Shown here in pieces: positions 48,301 through 62,241 of a stretch of 64,000 nt of DNA (within the stretch, counting starts at the first letter, position 1; every line of letters starts with the position of its first letter). A program made the translations under genes and the position numbers. The notes under the pieces were generated by a model. It was given only the letters and a program-made list of their open reading frames with translations. It did not search any database and was not told the DNA's origin. The DNA comes from Klebsormidium nitens (Eukaryota > Plantae > Klebsormidiophyceae), in the NCBI GenBank assembly GCA_000708835.1, contig DF236954.1:174052-238051 (forward strand), in the 5' to 3' direction.

Positions 48301-51300
48301 CCAAACGTAAAAACCCCTATCCTGTGTTGGCGAGGTTAAACGGGGAATCTCTCAAATTCTGACAAACATATGATTAGAAAAAGGAAACACGACATTTGCT
48401 CACCTCGCCAGAGTGCGGCCGGAAGGTGAGCGTGGTATACCCCTTGCTCTCGCGGAAGCGGTTCAGCACCGTGAGGTTCGCCCACACGTAGTAGGCCCAG
48501 TAGGAGTACGCGGGGTTGAACGGGTTGTTCCACTGCTCCGGCGTCTGCATATGCTTTGTCGGACGCCGCTCCGGCTTGCTCTCGTCGTCGACCATGTCGA
48601 AGCCGGCGACCTGTGCAAAACGAAGTTGTTCAATTCATCGAACCCTTTGATCTTCTGCACCTTTCTGGAAGGCAGTATCCAGATTGTTTGCATTCGCTGT
48701 CATTCAGCAACGTTTGTATGTGCTTTGTCGGGCGCCGCTCCCGCTTGCTCTCGTGGTGGACCATGTCGAAGCCGGCGACCTGTGCAGAACGAAACTGTTT
48801 GTAGTTACGAGACTATTTGGATGATCCGCATGATGCGAAGTTCTCTGGAAGGCCATTCATCTGAAGCACTTGCGAAGATTAAACGAAGCTTTGCTGTGTT
48901 TGCTTGAAGTCTGAGGAGCACCGCTCCAGCCTGCTCTTTTGATGGCCTTGTCGAAGCTGGCGACCTGCACAAGGGACCTTACTTATCTTCGTCGCCACGA
49001 AAGTTCACATTCAAATCCTGAATACTCAGTGACAACTGACACTGTGAAAAGAATCGAACATCTGACTACCTACACATGAAAGAGGAACAAACCACGGTTC
49101 AAAGAGCACGCATTAGGTTCTGGAACCGCCACTAATGATGGAAATTCAAAAGTAACACGACAGGAAGGATACCGTACAACAGGAAATGGCGCAGCGGGCA
49201 ACCAGGAGGTGACCAAACCGGAAGAAAGACTCGACGATACTGAAGCATAATAAGGAAGCGAAATGGGGAGCAGCGGAGCACGCAGCAGAACGCCCCCGAA
49301 GTGAAGCAAAGGACAGCGAGATCTGAAGGAGGAGAATGACTCAGTTGGAACTGGCAGGTCGGCGAAGGGAAACGAAGGAACAGGATAGAAGAGTCAGTTT
49401 CGGAGCGTTGCTCACGCAGTAGAGCATGGTCCGAAGGGGAAGGAAAGGCAAGGACGATGCCAAAAAGAGACAGAGAAGAACAGCAAAAGAGACGCCTCCC
49501 TTTTTGTAGCCCACAAAATCATGAAATCAAGTGAGGTGAGGCAGAAGAAAGAAGAAAGTCGGTCTCTGGAGCGGCGACTAACGGAGCGCAGGAAGACTTG
49601 GAGCTGCTCTCTTTAAGCTCAATTGCAGAAAGGAAGACAGGAAAGAAAGAAAAAAGCGTCGCCTTCCATTTCGTGGCCCAACAACGCCTCCAATCAAGGG
49701 GAAGAAGAAGGAAAAAAGGAAGGGAAGTCAGTCATAAAGGCGGCACTTCAGAAAAGACAAGAAAAGAAAGTCATTCATAAGGGCGGCGGCTCACGGAGCG
49801 GAGGAAGACGTGGAGCTGCGGGTGGGAGGCGGGGTCGGCGGTGACCTCGAAGAGCGGGATGAAGATGTTGTCCAGCATCGTCTGGAAGTCCTGGATGATG
49901 CCCATCTCCTTGTACACGTTGTACAGCCGGGGCAACTAGAGGAGGGGGGAGACGATAATAAGGTTTTGAAGTTTTAGCATTTCAAAAAAAAACTGACGTC
50001 ATCAGCGGAAGTTCAGGGCTGCTTGTTATGATGCCCATCTCCTTGTACACGCTGTACAGTCGGGGCAGCTAGAGGAGGAAAATCTTTGGAGTATTACGAT
50101 TTTAGGGTTTTGGAGTTTAGGGTTCCAATACTTAGAAGCCGTCATCATTGACGTCACGGGATCTCTTGTTATGATGTCGATCTCCTGTACACGTGGAACG
50201 GCCGGGGCAGCTGGCTAGAGAGCGACAACAATCAACGTCACAAGGGCTTTTTCGTTCACAATACATCATTCACGATCACCCTCAATAACGATCGTAGTTA
50301 TCTCGTGATGAAGGTCTGGGGTCTGTGAACGAACAAAGGGTGCCCGATGTCACCGTAACGTACATCTGACGGCGTCAGTCACAAAATCAGAAAATGCTGC
50401 TTTACTTTCAAACTTGATTCAACTAGCAAAAGAAAAGACTGCTGGGATGCCCTTATTGCATAGTCTGTATTTTCAAAATCTACGATCGAGAAGAAAAGGT
50501 GATTAAACCCTTGTTCCATCACGGTCAGGGTCTTTCAAAACGGACAGTACAACCCCTAAGCATAACCGTTGGGAACCAAGCAAGGACGGACGCACGAGCG
50601 AAAGACGAGCGAGAATCAAAGATCAGAATACGGCGCCTCTTACTTGGATAAGACACACAACGTTGTCGGAGTAGAGGTCGTTGTTGACGATCCAGGTAAA
50701 GTCGCTGTTTTTCAATAAAAACGAAACAGGAAAAGGGCAGAACGAAGGAACACAAGCAACAGACAAGCAAAATCGACTCAAAGAAGGCACTTCTTACCTG
50801 GATGAGCCAGACGACGTTGTCGGAGTAGAGGTCGTTGTTGACGATCCAGGTAAAGTCGCTGTTTTTAAATAAAACCGAAACAGGAAAAGGGCAGAGCGAG
50901 GAACACAAGCAACAGACAAGCAAAACTGACTCAAAGAAGGCAGTTTTTACCTGGATGAGCCAGACGACGTTGTCGGAGTAGAGGTCGTTGTTGACAATCC
51001 ATGACGCGAGCTGGTCCCACTCGCTCTGCTTGCGGCCGTAGATGGAGATGCGGTACTCCGCCATCTGGTATTTGCTCGCCGCCAAGTCGCTCAGCACCTC
51101 CTTCGTCAGCTCCGCCAAAAACCGGCCTGAAAAAGGTTAGGGAGTCGGGTTTAGCCAAGGTTCAAGGTGTGCGCAGTTGAGGGATTCAGAGTTCTTCAAG
51201 CAATACAGCGCCATCTGGTGCTTGCTCGCCGCCAAATCGCTCAACACCTCCTTCGTCAGCTCCGCCAAAAAGCGGCCTGGAAAATGGGTATCGGATCAGT

Positions 51301-54300
51301 GCCTTGTAGGAGACGCAACAGCTTGCTTGGGTTGTGGATAAGATACGTTGAGGTCTCGCAGTAATGGCTTTCGCAGCCTGATTTGTCACCGTGATCCTGT
51401 CAGTACGACGGATGGAAACCGGATACGATCAAGCAAGAGTCCAAGTCACCAACTGACTGGGGTGCTTCGAGAACGGCCGTTCACTCGGGCGCGCGTTTCC
51501 TCTCAAAAGGGACTAGTGCTACAGGTCATGTTGCCCTTCTCCAATATCTGCGCACTTCTGATGTTATTTCCAGGGGAAATGAAAGATCTCTCTAAGAGAA
51601 ACTTGCATGACGACTACGTCTGACGTCGCCTTAGATCACAGTGTCCTGCATCCCCTCCAAACCCTGATTCATGTATAAATTATCTGTTTGAACAATCGAT
51701 AGACAGCAAGTGAATCTTCGAAAGGTAGCTGTCTCCGACGTCATCTGAAATGCTTCATCGTGGTGCTACAAGTTGTATGTCTCAGCGACATGTTTGCGAA
51801 AAGGTAAAGATTAGGAAGAGAGATTACAAAGGGAACGCCCTCTGACGTCACCTTGGATCATGTTGTCCTGCTTCAGGAAGATCTCGCGCAGCCGGCTCTG
51901 CCCGCACGGGTTGTACTTGAGGTTGAACTTGTCGAAGCGGTGGAACGTGTTCTTGTCCGCGTGCACGTCCAACAAATCCACGTTCAAGTCGTACCTGCGG
52001 ACGTCCGAAACGAGCACATTTGAACAGAGAGAATGCTTTTCTCAGTCCAGATTTAGGTCATTCTTGACGACGACTGACTCGGCTTGTTCCTGTCCGCGTG
52101 CACGTCATCAGACCACGTTGGAGTCGTACCTGCGGACGTCCAAAACGAGTTGGTATAGAAAGAGTGAGTTTTCAGGTATCGTTCATGTTGACAACCAAGT
52201 AGTGGTCCGTTGTTCTTGTCCGCATGCATGCGCAACAAACCCAAGTTCAAGTCGGTCGAGCCACTCAAAGACCTCTTTCCCTCTCAACCCGACCATCCCC
52301 ACTGCCCTATTTATCACTGAACGCGAGTAAAGCAGGGGAAGCACTGGGTAATTGACAAAGAGTGAACTAGAGTTGGCCCTCACCCGGTGAGGTCGAGCGA
52401 CTCGAAGACCTCGCGCAGCGTGAGGTACTTGCCGTCGCGGAAGATGACGACCTCGTCCGGCTCCTTGCGCAGCTTGGACTTGATGAAGCGCAACAGGTGC
52501 TTCTGGTTCATGCACGCGCTGTGGTGCACATGCGTGTCCACCTGAGTATCAAAGTATAGAGTTCAGTTCTTAAGGGTTCAAATTATCGATTCGTTAGGAT
52601 TCAGCGTATTTCAGCTGTGGATTCTGTACAAGATTCTGAATCTTGCATGCGTGTGTCCACCTGGAAAGCTAACCAATCCAGGTCTAACGTCTTCTGCGCT
52701 CTCAAAGCTTGGCGGTGTCAGGACCCTCGCAACCATCGCCTGAAGAGTCTTGTCGAATGGAAAACCGGTAGGAGGCATGTGCGTTTCACTTTGAAATGAC
52801 TTCACTTGGAAATGTACACATTGTCAGGGTCGCAGGTGAGACTTCAGTGAGACTGAAAGATTTAGGCCTGGTAGACTTGAATTTTGTTCCATATGATGTA
52901 CTTTGTAAGGTCTGAGATTGGAACCAACGTCTGTAAGGAGTTGAAATCAGACTGTGGCACCATTGCTTGCCTGTCTCGAAAATTTCAGACGTTGAGATCT
53001 CGAAAGGGGTGTTGCTAGCGCAAGGCCGCTGGTTCTGCCGGAATCTGCCCACTTAGAGGTCGATAGGAATCCAACCGGCCCGTTGAACGAGACCAAAGAC
53101 GAGCTGCGAAGAAATGCTTCGATCATGCTTCGATCATGCTTCGATCTCCAAGACACGCGAAGCGAGGTAGTAGATAATGCGGGACTAGGGATTATGTTGC
53201 AGCGCACCTTTCTGACATTGTAAAAGTCTCTGTGGGGTGCGGACTTCTGAGCCAGGAACTCGCGGTCTGCGTTTAGCATAAGATGGAGGTTGAACTTCTG
53301 CGAAGGACAGGAGAGGAACAGGAATGAGAAAAGAGTACGATGAGCGACCACTTTCGCGAATCTGATCGCAGCAGATTCCAGATTCCAAGATTGACAGGTA
53401 CTTTCAAGAAGAACCAGTGCAAAGAACTGACTGTCCGACTTGGTTCACTAAGACCGGTTCCTTTCGTCTGTAGAGGAGCTTCAACAGAATGAAACTGCTC
53501 GTAGTAAGACCCCACGAGGGCTTTCTGGAACTTCCTGAGCGGCTTACAAGAGTGGTCGAGACGAAGTGCTTGTGACCATGACTTGTTGAAATAAGGTCGA
53601 CGGAAACGATCTGAAGCTGCTGGCTGAGCCCACAGCCAACTACGAGCCTTTGCGGGCACTCCTTCCTAACCAAGATTTAAAACAACTATCTCTATGCGTC
53701 AACACACAGGGTTCACCTGTTCTAGCAGTCATACACGAGCGGCAGAGGACAGCGAAAGCTCAAGCTCAAACCCTGAAGGTTCAGATTTCTTGAACCCCTC
53801 CGAAATCTCGAATACCGATCTTAAACCAAAAACAATAATCTCGAGAAGCGCATTACGCATGCTCACCTGTTCCAGCAGCCGCAGCCGCTGGTGACAGAAG
53901 GTCTTGACGCCCCCGTAGTTGGCTATCCGCAGCACACGGTGCAGGTCCGTGAAGAACTCCACCGAGTCGGGAACCGGGAACAGGTTCTCCTCGGCTGCGA
54001 AAAGGCGGAGGGAAGTTTGAAAGAGCCCGAGCAACCCCGTACTTCAGACTCGGGGGATGCGCCATGCTCCCCGCAACACAGATGGCCCTGTTAAGCTTTC
54101 GGCCTTCCAGCAGTCGTTTAGCCACAAGTACAGAAGCTGATGAAGTGGCTGGATCCCAGTGCGTCTTTGGAACCCTGGAAGTGAGAGCAAAGGAACATCG
54201 GACATCGACTAGGTTCTCCAAGCCCCCCCTTTGTCAAAAGACGAAACAAAATGCAACCAGGGCAGAGAGCGGGACCTGAGGGAAGCTAGGAACTTGAATC

Positions 54301-57300
54301 TGCCTGAGTTCCCCATGGCCCGGCCTCAGTGAATGCAATATGTACGCCATGACTGCTGGCGCAACTCCACGTCCGCATAACGAATGCAACCAGACCTTGC
54401 ATGTTTGGGCCGTTCACACTCCTTGCGGAAGCCCACATTCCATTCTAGGTGTGCCGGTAAACCCAGCTTTTCTTCCCAAGGTTCAAGAAGAAAACATTAA
54501 AACCTAGACTAGCTGCTTCAACTCACAGTTCTTGTCCGCAAACACGTCCATCACGCCGTCGCGCATCCGAAACACGTGCTCCGTCCCCTGCTCGGGGTTG
54601 TACTGAAACGGGCTTTCGACGAGCTTGTGCGTGCCGGGGTCGCGCGCGGGCCACTTCTGGTCGCTGTGCCAGGGGGGAATGTTCGCACGATACACGTACT
54701 TCTTGCGGAGCTCCATGCACTCCTGGAGCATGCTGCACACCTCGACCTCCTCCGGACCGGGGACCACTGCAGGAACGATCAAAAGGTTCAAATCTATTAG
54801 ATGAGTATTTGAAAGGCCATTTGTGATGTGAGGGGGAAAGGCCGGCGCATAACATGGACTTCTTGCGCAGCTCCCCGCACTCCTGGAGCATGCTGCACAC
54901 CTCGACCTCCTCCGGACCAGGAACGACTGCGAAAATGACCAGAAATGTTTGGGTTTTGAAATTGTGTATCAAAGAGGCTGCTCGGGATTGCTGTATTTAG
55001 ATTGGGGACAGGACCTAAATAAGGGCAGAACCCCTTTGCGCAGCTCCATACAGTTCTTGAGCAAACCGGAGCAAACCTGTTCAGTGCCCAACAAGCCTCT
55101 GGACAGATTCTATGACTACGACCTGCAACTCGTTCGACACAGCCCCACAAAACGACTTTCCGCAGATGGATTCAAGGATCCCCCACTACCAACATACTAC
55201 CTCTCCAGATCTCATTCAAAATGCTACTCAACGGCCCAACTGGAACCCCAACCAATCCACCGGAAGCTCTTGAATTGCGAAGACCCGAGGCGTAAAACTT
55301 GCAAAGGTCTGCAGTTTGCAAACACAGACGTCGCCTATTTCCAACCGTAGCCTTACCTTCCGGGGTCACCATCACCCTCGTATACGTTTCCGGCTCCTCC
55401 TTCTTCCGCATCTCGTATGCCGCAATCGGCTCCGGCGCTTTCAGCAGCGCATCCGGCTCGAGATTGCCGTCCGCAGAAGTCGCCCCTTTCTCCGGGTCCG
55501 GCACGTGCCAGTTGAGCCGTTCTTGCTCCTCCTTCTTGGCAATCATTTCTTCCTCTTGTCGTTCGGCTTCTTCCTCCTCGTTGCCTGGGGCCTCGTCCTC
55601 TGCGGAAAGATAAGAACGCTCAGAAAGACTCCTGTCTGGAAACTTGTATACTCCCTCTTTGCGAATCGTTTCTTCTTTTTGTCATTGGACTGCTTCCTCT
55701 TCGTCGCCATGGACCTCAGCCTCTGCGGGAAGAAACGAACGCTCAGAGGGGGCCCTGTCTGGAAGCAAAGTCCAAATCTGCGGCTCATCCTCCTCGTTGC
55801 CTGGGGCCTCATCCTCTGCGGAAAGAACTGAACGGTCAGAACGAGTCGTGTTTGAAAACCAAATGCATGTTCTTTTCTGCAATGGTTCCTTGCTTTCCTG
55901 GCGCAAGGAAAGGAACCTCTTCGTTGCCTTGGGCTTCCACCGAACGTAGAGCTTGCTTTCAAGGTTGTAAGTCCTTCAGGGAAGCGTCGAGAGGGCTACG
56001 ATCTCATGGGTACGGTGGCTGGAAGCATTTGTTGTGCAACCACGTCTCCATTTGCCGCTCAGTTCTCCGCACTCGGGCTCGGTCCAACACTCAACTCAGC
56101 TTCGAAGGTCGTCAGAAAACTGGCGCGACTGACTGCAGAAGCAGTTATCTGAATCAGAAAAAACCTAGATAAGTCATTCGTTTCTGATCACCGCCCTGTC
56201 ATGTCAAGAAACAGTGGGTTGGGAATTAGAGTCCGAGAAGAAAGACCAGGGAAACCGACTGAAAAGCGCCGACAAGACTAAGTCTCTCAGCAAGCACTTT
56301 CTTCCCCTCCTCTGCCTCGTCACAATTCGCAAGAGCACCGGCAGACGGTGCACACCTCCGAAGAACAAGACCAAGCATCCCCGAAGTACGACTTCAGTGT
56401 CTGCACGACATTTTCATCCACAACACGAACAAGGAGGTTACCCGACACACGACTGATTGCTACCAAGAACCTCCCAAAAGCAAGCACTATCCCCAAACAG
56501 ATAACTTACCTCCCTCAGCCTCCAGTCGCAACCGTTCCTCTGCCTCCGCCTGCATTGCCTCGTCATCGTCCTCGTCGGTCATCTCCACGCGCGCGAACTG
56601 GCTCTTGACGGGCGAGGTTGGCGCCGACTTGCGCAGGTCCTGCAGGCTCTGCACACGCCGCGTCCCTGACTTGGACAGACTGTTGCCGGCTGCCAAAGAA
56701 ACCGTAACCATTCTTAGTCCGTGCTCTTCAGATGCTGCCTGGATTGCTTGTTGAAAGTTACCCGGATAGTATTTGGGTTGCGTTTGATCGCTTTCTCAAA
56801 TGACCCTGACCGGACTTCAACCAGTGCCAGGGGATTGACAAATCGGATCAGGGTCAATGAAGGAATGGAGCGGACAGATGCACTTGCTCCTTATACTCGC
56901 ACTGACTTGCTGGGGATGCTGACATGTAAGGAACGACAACGGCAAGAAACACGGAAGAACCTTTGGAGCTTACCAACATTTTTCAGGACTTCTAGGAGAA
57001 CGATTGCAGCACACAAGCCTTCTCTATCACAGATCGGCTCGGCCCCGCTGCGAAAATACGGAACTAGCATCTGTTGGCCCAGACAGATACAGAAGTCAAC
57101 ACCTCTAGTTGTGCTGTGCCTGTCCCTAACCTTGGGCCAAAGTCCAACAATCCTGCACAGGCGCGACCCACCCACCTTCCAGCTTGTGCGTAGCGATCCT
57201 TGGCAAGGGGGGCATCCCGTTAGCGCTCGTGCCCCCCGCCGGCGTCTCCGTACGGCTGTGCTCCGAGATGTTCCTCTCAAGCTTCCCCAAATGGGGGAGG

Positions 57301-58813
57301 CTCGAAACAGTGGGCATTTTGGACGGGTCTGAAAAGTCGGATGAGATGCGGGCAGCCGACGCAGCCTTGCCGTCCGGCAGGGTAGCACCGGGGGCAAGAT
57401 GCGCACCCCCCCGGAAAGGGTCGAACGCTCCCCCGTTCTCATGCGGGGGGTGGCGCCTCCGTCGAGTGGGGCTTTGGCTAGCTTTCCTGCATAGCAGGTA
57501 GAAGGAGGGTTCAACTAGGTCATCAGCTTGCTCTTACAGACTGGTTGTTCATCCTCTGTTTCCCTCGCGACAGCCAGCGTTCAGAGTTTTTGTTACATAA
57601 AATGGTGTGTGCATCAAATTGTGGGTTCGGAATCTAGGGGACAATGAAATACGTGCAAAAAGATCAAGGAACTAACCATCTGGTCAGATCTAAAGAAGGA
57701 AACTGAAATTTCTAACAGTGTTTTACAAACTTCCCTCTCAGGTGGAGTTTCAACCAACATCAGCAGGACATTATTCCATCTTGTGGTAATGCATCATGGT
57801 AAGCATAGTGCAGATTCCGGAGGGCCTCACTTCCGTCGGGGGTGCCTAGCATCCTCTTCCTCCTCTCCGGACAGCGCCCGCTCCCCTTTCCTTCCCTTGC
57901 GAAGGGATCCCCTTTGCAGCCCATCTCTGCAGAGGGTAGCTATCATAAGGACATTGCACAAAGAAAGCAAGCCAGATGCAGGATAGGAAAACGGGAGAGA
58001 GACCGCTGCAACTATCAGGAACATATTGCTTGTGTGCCCAATGACATGACTGGAACGAGGCAATCGGATCCAATTGAAGAAAACTTTGATGTCTTGAGCA
58101 ATATAGCCACAGAAAGACCTGAAATTGGGAGATTATGATGGAGAGATCAAGCTCAGATTGCGCATGGTGCAGTCTGACCCGCAACATCCTTACCAAGCAC
58201 TGCCACAAGGTTCAGAGTTAACTCCTGACACTAGTTGGCACCACATTCCTAGGTTGGAGGCTTTGGCGCTATCACTGTGCGAGCCGCAACACTCTATTTG
58301 AACCGCGAACAAGAAACCCATGTCTCAAGAAAAGGGATCTGAAACTCAGGTTCACTACTTTCATCAATTGGCTGATATCAGAAATCGTTCCAACTTCAGC
58401 CGCCAAGCGGAGTGCTGACTGTCAGCTACAGTATCACCAATCCCATCAATAAATGCAGCACTTAATTCACCGATAGAAATGCAGCTGAACACTCAACCTG
58501 AAGATCAATCAGATTATAAAGACATGTTCGCTTCAATTGCAAAGTGTGTGGTGCATCAAGGGGAACAACCCCTGAGCATGTCACATCTTTTGTTTGAATG
58601 ACCCAAGAGCTTGACTTGCCAATCTGGCTCATATTCCAAGGTCCCACCTAACCAAAAACAAGGAAGCCGAACATACCTCAACAGCTCGAACTCTTTCAAA
58701 TGCTGTCGGTGGAAGTAGTAGGCACCCGCAAGAGCGATCCCCGCTCCAAAGAGAGCCGCCAAAGCTAGAGACGGCAGGGGCGCCGGTAGGGCACTATCCG
58801 CAGAAGGCGCCAT
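45373..58813 (-). CDS. AMPD: AMP deaminase, plant type with N-terminal membrane anchor
   Basis: Seventeen phase-consistent exons 58813-58677, 57926-57831, 57486-57176, 56689-56510, 55599-55357, 54766-54527, 53994-53867, 53297-53208, 52541-52384, 51994-51852, 51126-50951, 49935-49795, 48610-48404, 47961-47851, 47019-46846, 46183-46004 and 45441-45373. Hallmark motifs [48 protein letters not shown] and [16 protein letters not shown]. Confidence 0.97.
45889..55830 (-). repeat. Serial degenerate duplications of AMPD exon/intron boundaries inside introns (~16 copies)
   Basis: Copies near 45893, 47197, 47440, 48050-48150, 48779, 48964, 50068, 50210, 50644, 50798, 51276, 52129, 52245, 52660, 54926, 55723 and 55815. 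Each reproduces the first or last 20-80 nt of the neighbouring exon, usually with its AG or GT. Confidence 0.92.
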
Positions 58814-60179
58814 TGTAGCGCCCACCAACACCAGAAAGGAAGATTTAGCTAGCGAACGCAGCTCGCTCAGAGTCAGCTAGAGAGCTCTGCATATGGCGCT
58901 CGTGAGAGGCTCAGGCTCGCCCGCCGAAGATGGTTTCCGGCGCAAACCTTCGAAACCCTGCGCCGAACGTGAGACCTCCTCCGGCGGCCTGCGGCCGCCC
59001 GCCCTCGCGGCCGCCTCGTTTAAGGCGCGGCCATCCTGGCGGAACTTACCGTCACGCTGAACGTCGCCGGATGCACGCATACCCAACTGAGCTGTCCTAG
59101 GATTGTTATCGTGGAGACAAGTGAAGGTGCAAACGTATCAATGCCTGCCAAGCAAGTTGTGGACATGTGGAGCGCGCAGCTGACTCAGCCAGATTTTTTC
59201 CCGGATTTTTTGTTTTAGCAATCGTGACCCGGAGAAAGGCGTCAAAGAGGCCCAGGGAGCTTGACGAAAGCTGGAGTGATGATATGACGTTCTGACGTAC
59301 TTAGCTTAGCTTGAAAACGGAATTGAGAATGCACCCCTCCACTGCACCCCTCAGGCTCAAAGCTAGAGTAAAGTTGGGAGCTTTTGCCCCCAATCTAGTC
59401 TTCTAGTTCAACTAAATCTGATGCATGTTTCCATTCTGGCCTACATGTTTTTGGTTGTTCGTTGGGCGTGATTGCAATTTTGAAGACTACAACACTTTTC
59501 AAGCAATCGACTGCCAGCAGCACGTGGTAAGCTGATGCCAGTGGGACGGCCCGGTCCGGTGTTGACAACCTGCAGGTGCCGTCGGCTCCCCTCCGGCTTT
59601 ACTTTGACTAGGACCGTACGTAAAGCAGCAATGACTCCAGACCGTTTGAGAGACACCTTGTGATGATTTAAACGATCAAAAGCGGAATGTTTCCTTGATG
59701 TTTCTCTCGAGATGTAAAATCATGCGACGCTCCCGTGCCGCTACTACATGCACGGAACATGATGACTACTTTGGAGTTCGGCCGTGCTAGGCATGCCAGA
59801 ATCAGGAAAGCTGCTGACTTCAAAAGTTCGAGCGATGCTCACAGCTTTACCTCGATGAGATCCTGGTTCATGAGTCGCCTAGAATCATAGTGCGAGAGGG
59901 GGATAAGATTCAAGCGCGGGGTGCATGCCCGCAGACATAATTGACAAGCTTGAGGTCCCATATCTGCAAAGATTGAACTTTGGATATCTGACGAGGTATC
60001 ATGAGACCGGGCGCCAACTTTTAGAAGCCCAGGCATCCTTGTTTTAAGCATACTGCAGATAAGCTTGTACGAGTGTCATTCGTATTGTTCATAGCACGGT
60101 GAATGCCGAGCCGACAAGTGGCGCAGCGTTCGAGACAGTGGAAACAACGTAACGAAGCGCGAAGACCTGTGCTATGAAA

Positions 60180-62241
60180 TCAACCTTTGTGGAATCCAGA
60201 AGTCGGTTGAATGCTTCTAGAGTCTACAGATCCGGAACGTTTGGAACAGGCCAAAGCGTCTTTGTGCACACTAGCCGCTGATACAAGCGAAGCTTCCACG
60301 TCTGTTCGAAGCCGTTGGACTACTATGGGGCCAGTAGTAGTAGGGCACTCTTTGCAATGGTCTGGACCATGTCTATCTAAACGACAGCCGCTGCATTCCA
60401 ACACTCTGCCCAGGCGGGTGACTTCGTCTTCGTAGAGTGCCAACCTGTTTCTTGCTCAACGATTGCCAAGCTTAACAGACGGGTTTTGAAAACGATTTGC
60501 CTGATGTGTCCTTAGCAAAACGCCAACAGGCAAGAACTTGTATTGCCACACGCGTCCGGCTTTGCCAGTTGTGCTTACATCTCCATACGGAACTCGGCCG
60601 AGTCAACTTTGTAGTAGGACACGGTTTCGTTCATTGCCGATGGAGTGCTGGTGATGTCAGAGGTGGACAAAGTGCTTCCCACAGGGAGAGGCTGAAATAG
60701 CAACCAGAGCGGGAACAACATGATAGCGCCGATGAGCAGAGACCTGAATCCTCGGACCAACCGCTCGATCACACGGTACTTGTCTTTTCCAAGGGACTGC
60801 TTCGCTTTTCTGCTGACGCACTCGGTCACATGGCCAAAGCATCCGACGATGAGGTAGCACCACAGGAGGAGGAGCGCGAGTGGAAGGATGATCGTCTCAT
60901 ACATGCCACGTGGGGCGCAGAAGTCAATCTGACGGTGGAACGCGAGTCCGACGGCGGTTGCGTCCAATACGAGCAGCCACGAAACAGTGCGCCTATCCAT
61001 CTGCACAAATAACCAAAATGCGCTCGTTCAGATTGCGTGGCTTTGTCTGCTCAAACCAGCGTACGAATGGATTGAGTGAGTCTTGATTTCGTAAGTTTTT
61101 CCAAGCAGCTTGCGGTACCTTTCAATTCACCTTAAGAACCGCGGAGGGTTGTCTCAAAGACTCGACCAGGTTGACTTGAGCCAAAGACTCTTCCGATTAC
61201 TAGTCTTCACATCTAAACAACTCAATTCTGCAGCTTTTGAGAACTGGACTGCATGAACTCTTTCCGCAGCTGGTAGGCAGTATATAACCCAAAGCAGCCA
61301 TCTTCCCTCTGCCTTATGAGAAGTTTGAGTGACTAGTGGATTGAAAATGGTCCTCTGTAGCAGTCATAGCGAGGCATGCTCTCATTGTAGCAAGACAATT
61401 CGATTGCTATGCCCGTCATCAGCAGATAATTGAACACACAATCGTACAATTTGTTTTTCCTTGATGAAGTCTGTGACTTCATTTGACATTTGCACAAAGT
61501 TGTGACTTTCGGTCCGAGAAACGCAAGCGCGCCCTGGCAGGCGGCACCCAAGTTGCATGATCAGCAAACATTTCACTCTTATCTCTCTTCTGTGTGTTTC
61601 GAAAATCTTTGAAAGCTCTACGGAGGTGCATATCGTATGGAAAATCCTGAATATAGCCGCCAGGCTCAGGGCTTCAAATCGAATTGCAACGCCTTCTGAA
61701 CAAGTTTTTGGGATTCTGAACGAATCTTACCTTCTTACTCTTGCAAGCAAGAAGAAGCCGCAGGGATTCTAAAGGGATTGACAATAATAGAGAAGTAAAG
61801 TCTCAGGAAAATGCTGAAACATACCTGAACACCCCCGGTGAAGTTAGTGCAGACAGGAAGCACGGGCAGGCCCCCAGGCGTCTTCAGATTCTGTGTGTAG
61901 TGAAGAAGAGGCGGTGGAAATTCCAGAATCCTGGGCCCTAGAACGTTCCTCCTGAAGAAGCAGCGCCTGGAGTCCGATCCTTCCCAGTGGAACAGGGGCG
62001 CGTCTTCGCGTAGACCAAAAGTCCTTCTCACTTCCCACAAGCTAATCTCAGGGCGTCCCTCTGGATCTGTGTCGTCGATCATGAATGATTGGACATACAC
62101 AATCCGCGTGAGCTCGCCATCGACAGCACTGTGTAGTTCGACTGTGAGAAGTGGCCCCAGTCTCACTTTGCTTTCGGTCAGCAGGGAGAGTGGCATCTGC
62201 TTCTCTTCTTTCAAGTCTTCAGGCGCATTCTTCATTCCCAT
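60180..62241 (-). CDS. Hypothetical membrane protein
   Basis: Phase-consistent exons 62241-61825 (CAG|GTATGT), 61000-60579 (AT|GTAAGC) and 60444-60180. Hydrophobic segments in exon 2 (IILPLALLLLWCYLIVGCFG; LLIGAIMLFPLWLLF). No family recognised. Confidence 0.5.

Noticed and set aside
48194-48355. ~80-bp two-copy tandem repeat in AMPD intron 13, and an 11-bp repeat at ~53115-53145
   Set aside because: Ordinary local tandem duplications with no exon sequence, TIRs or TSDs.
49400-49790. Purine-rich (plus-strand) tract giving Lys/Glu-rich ORFs
   Set aside because: It is the polypyrimidine-rich 5' part of AMPD intron 12 read on the opposite strand.
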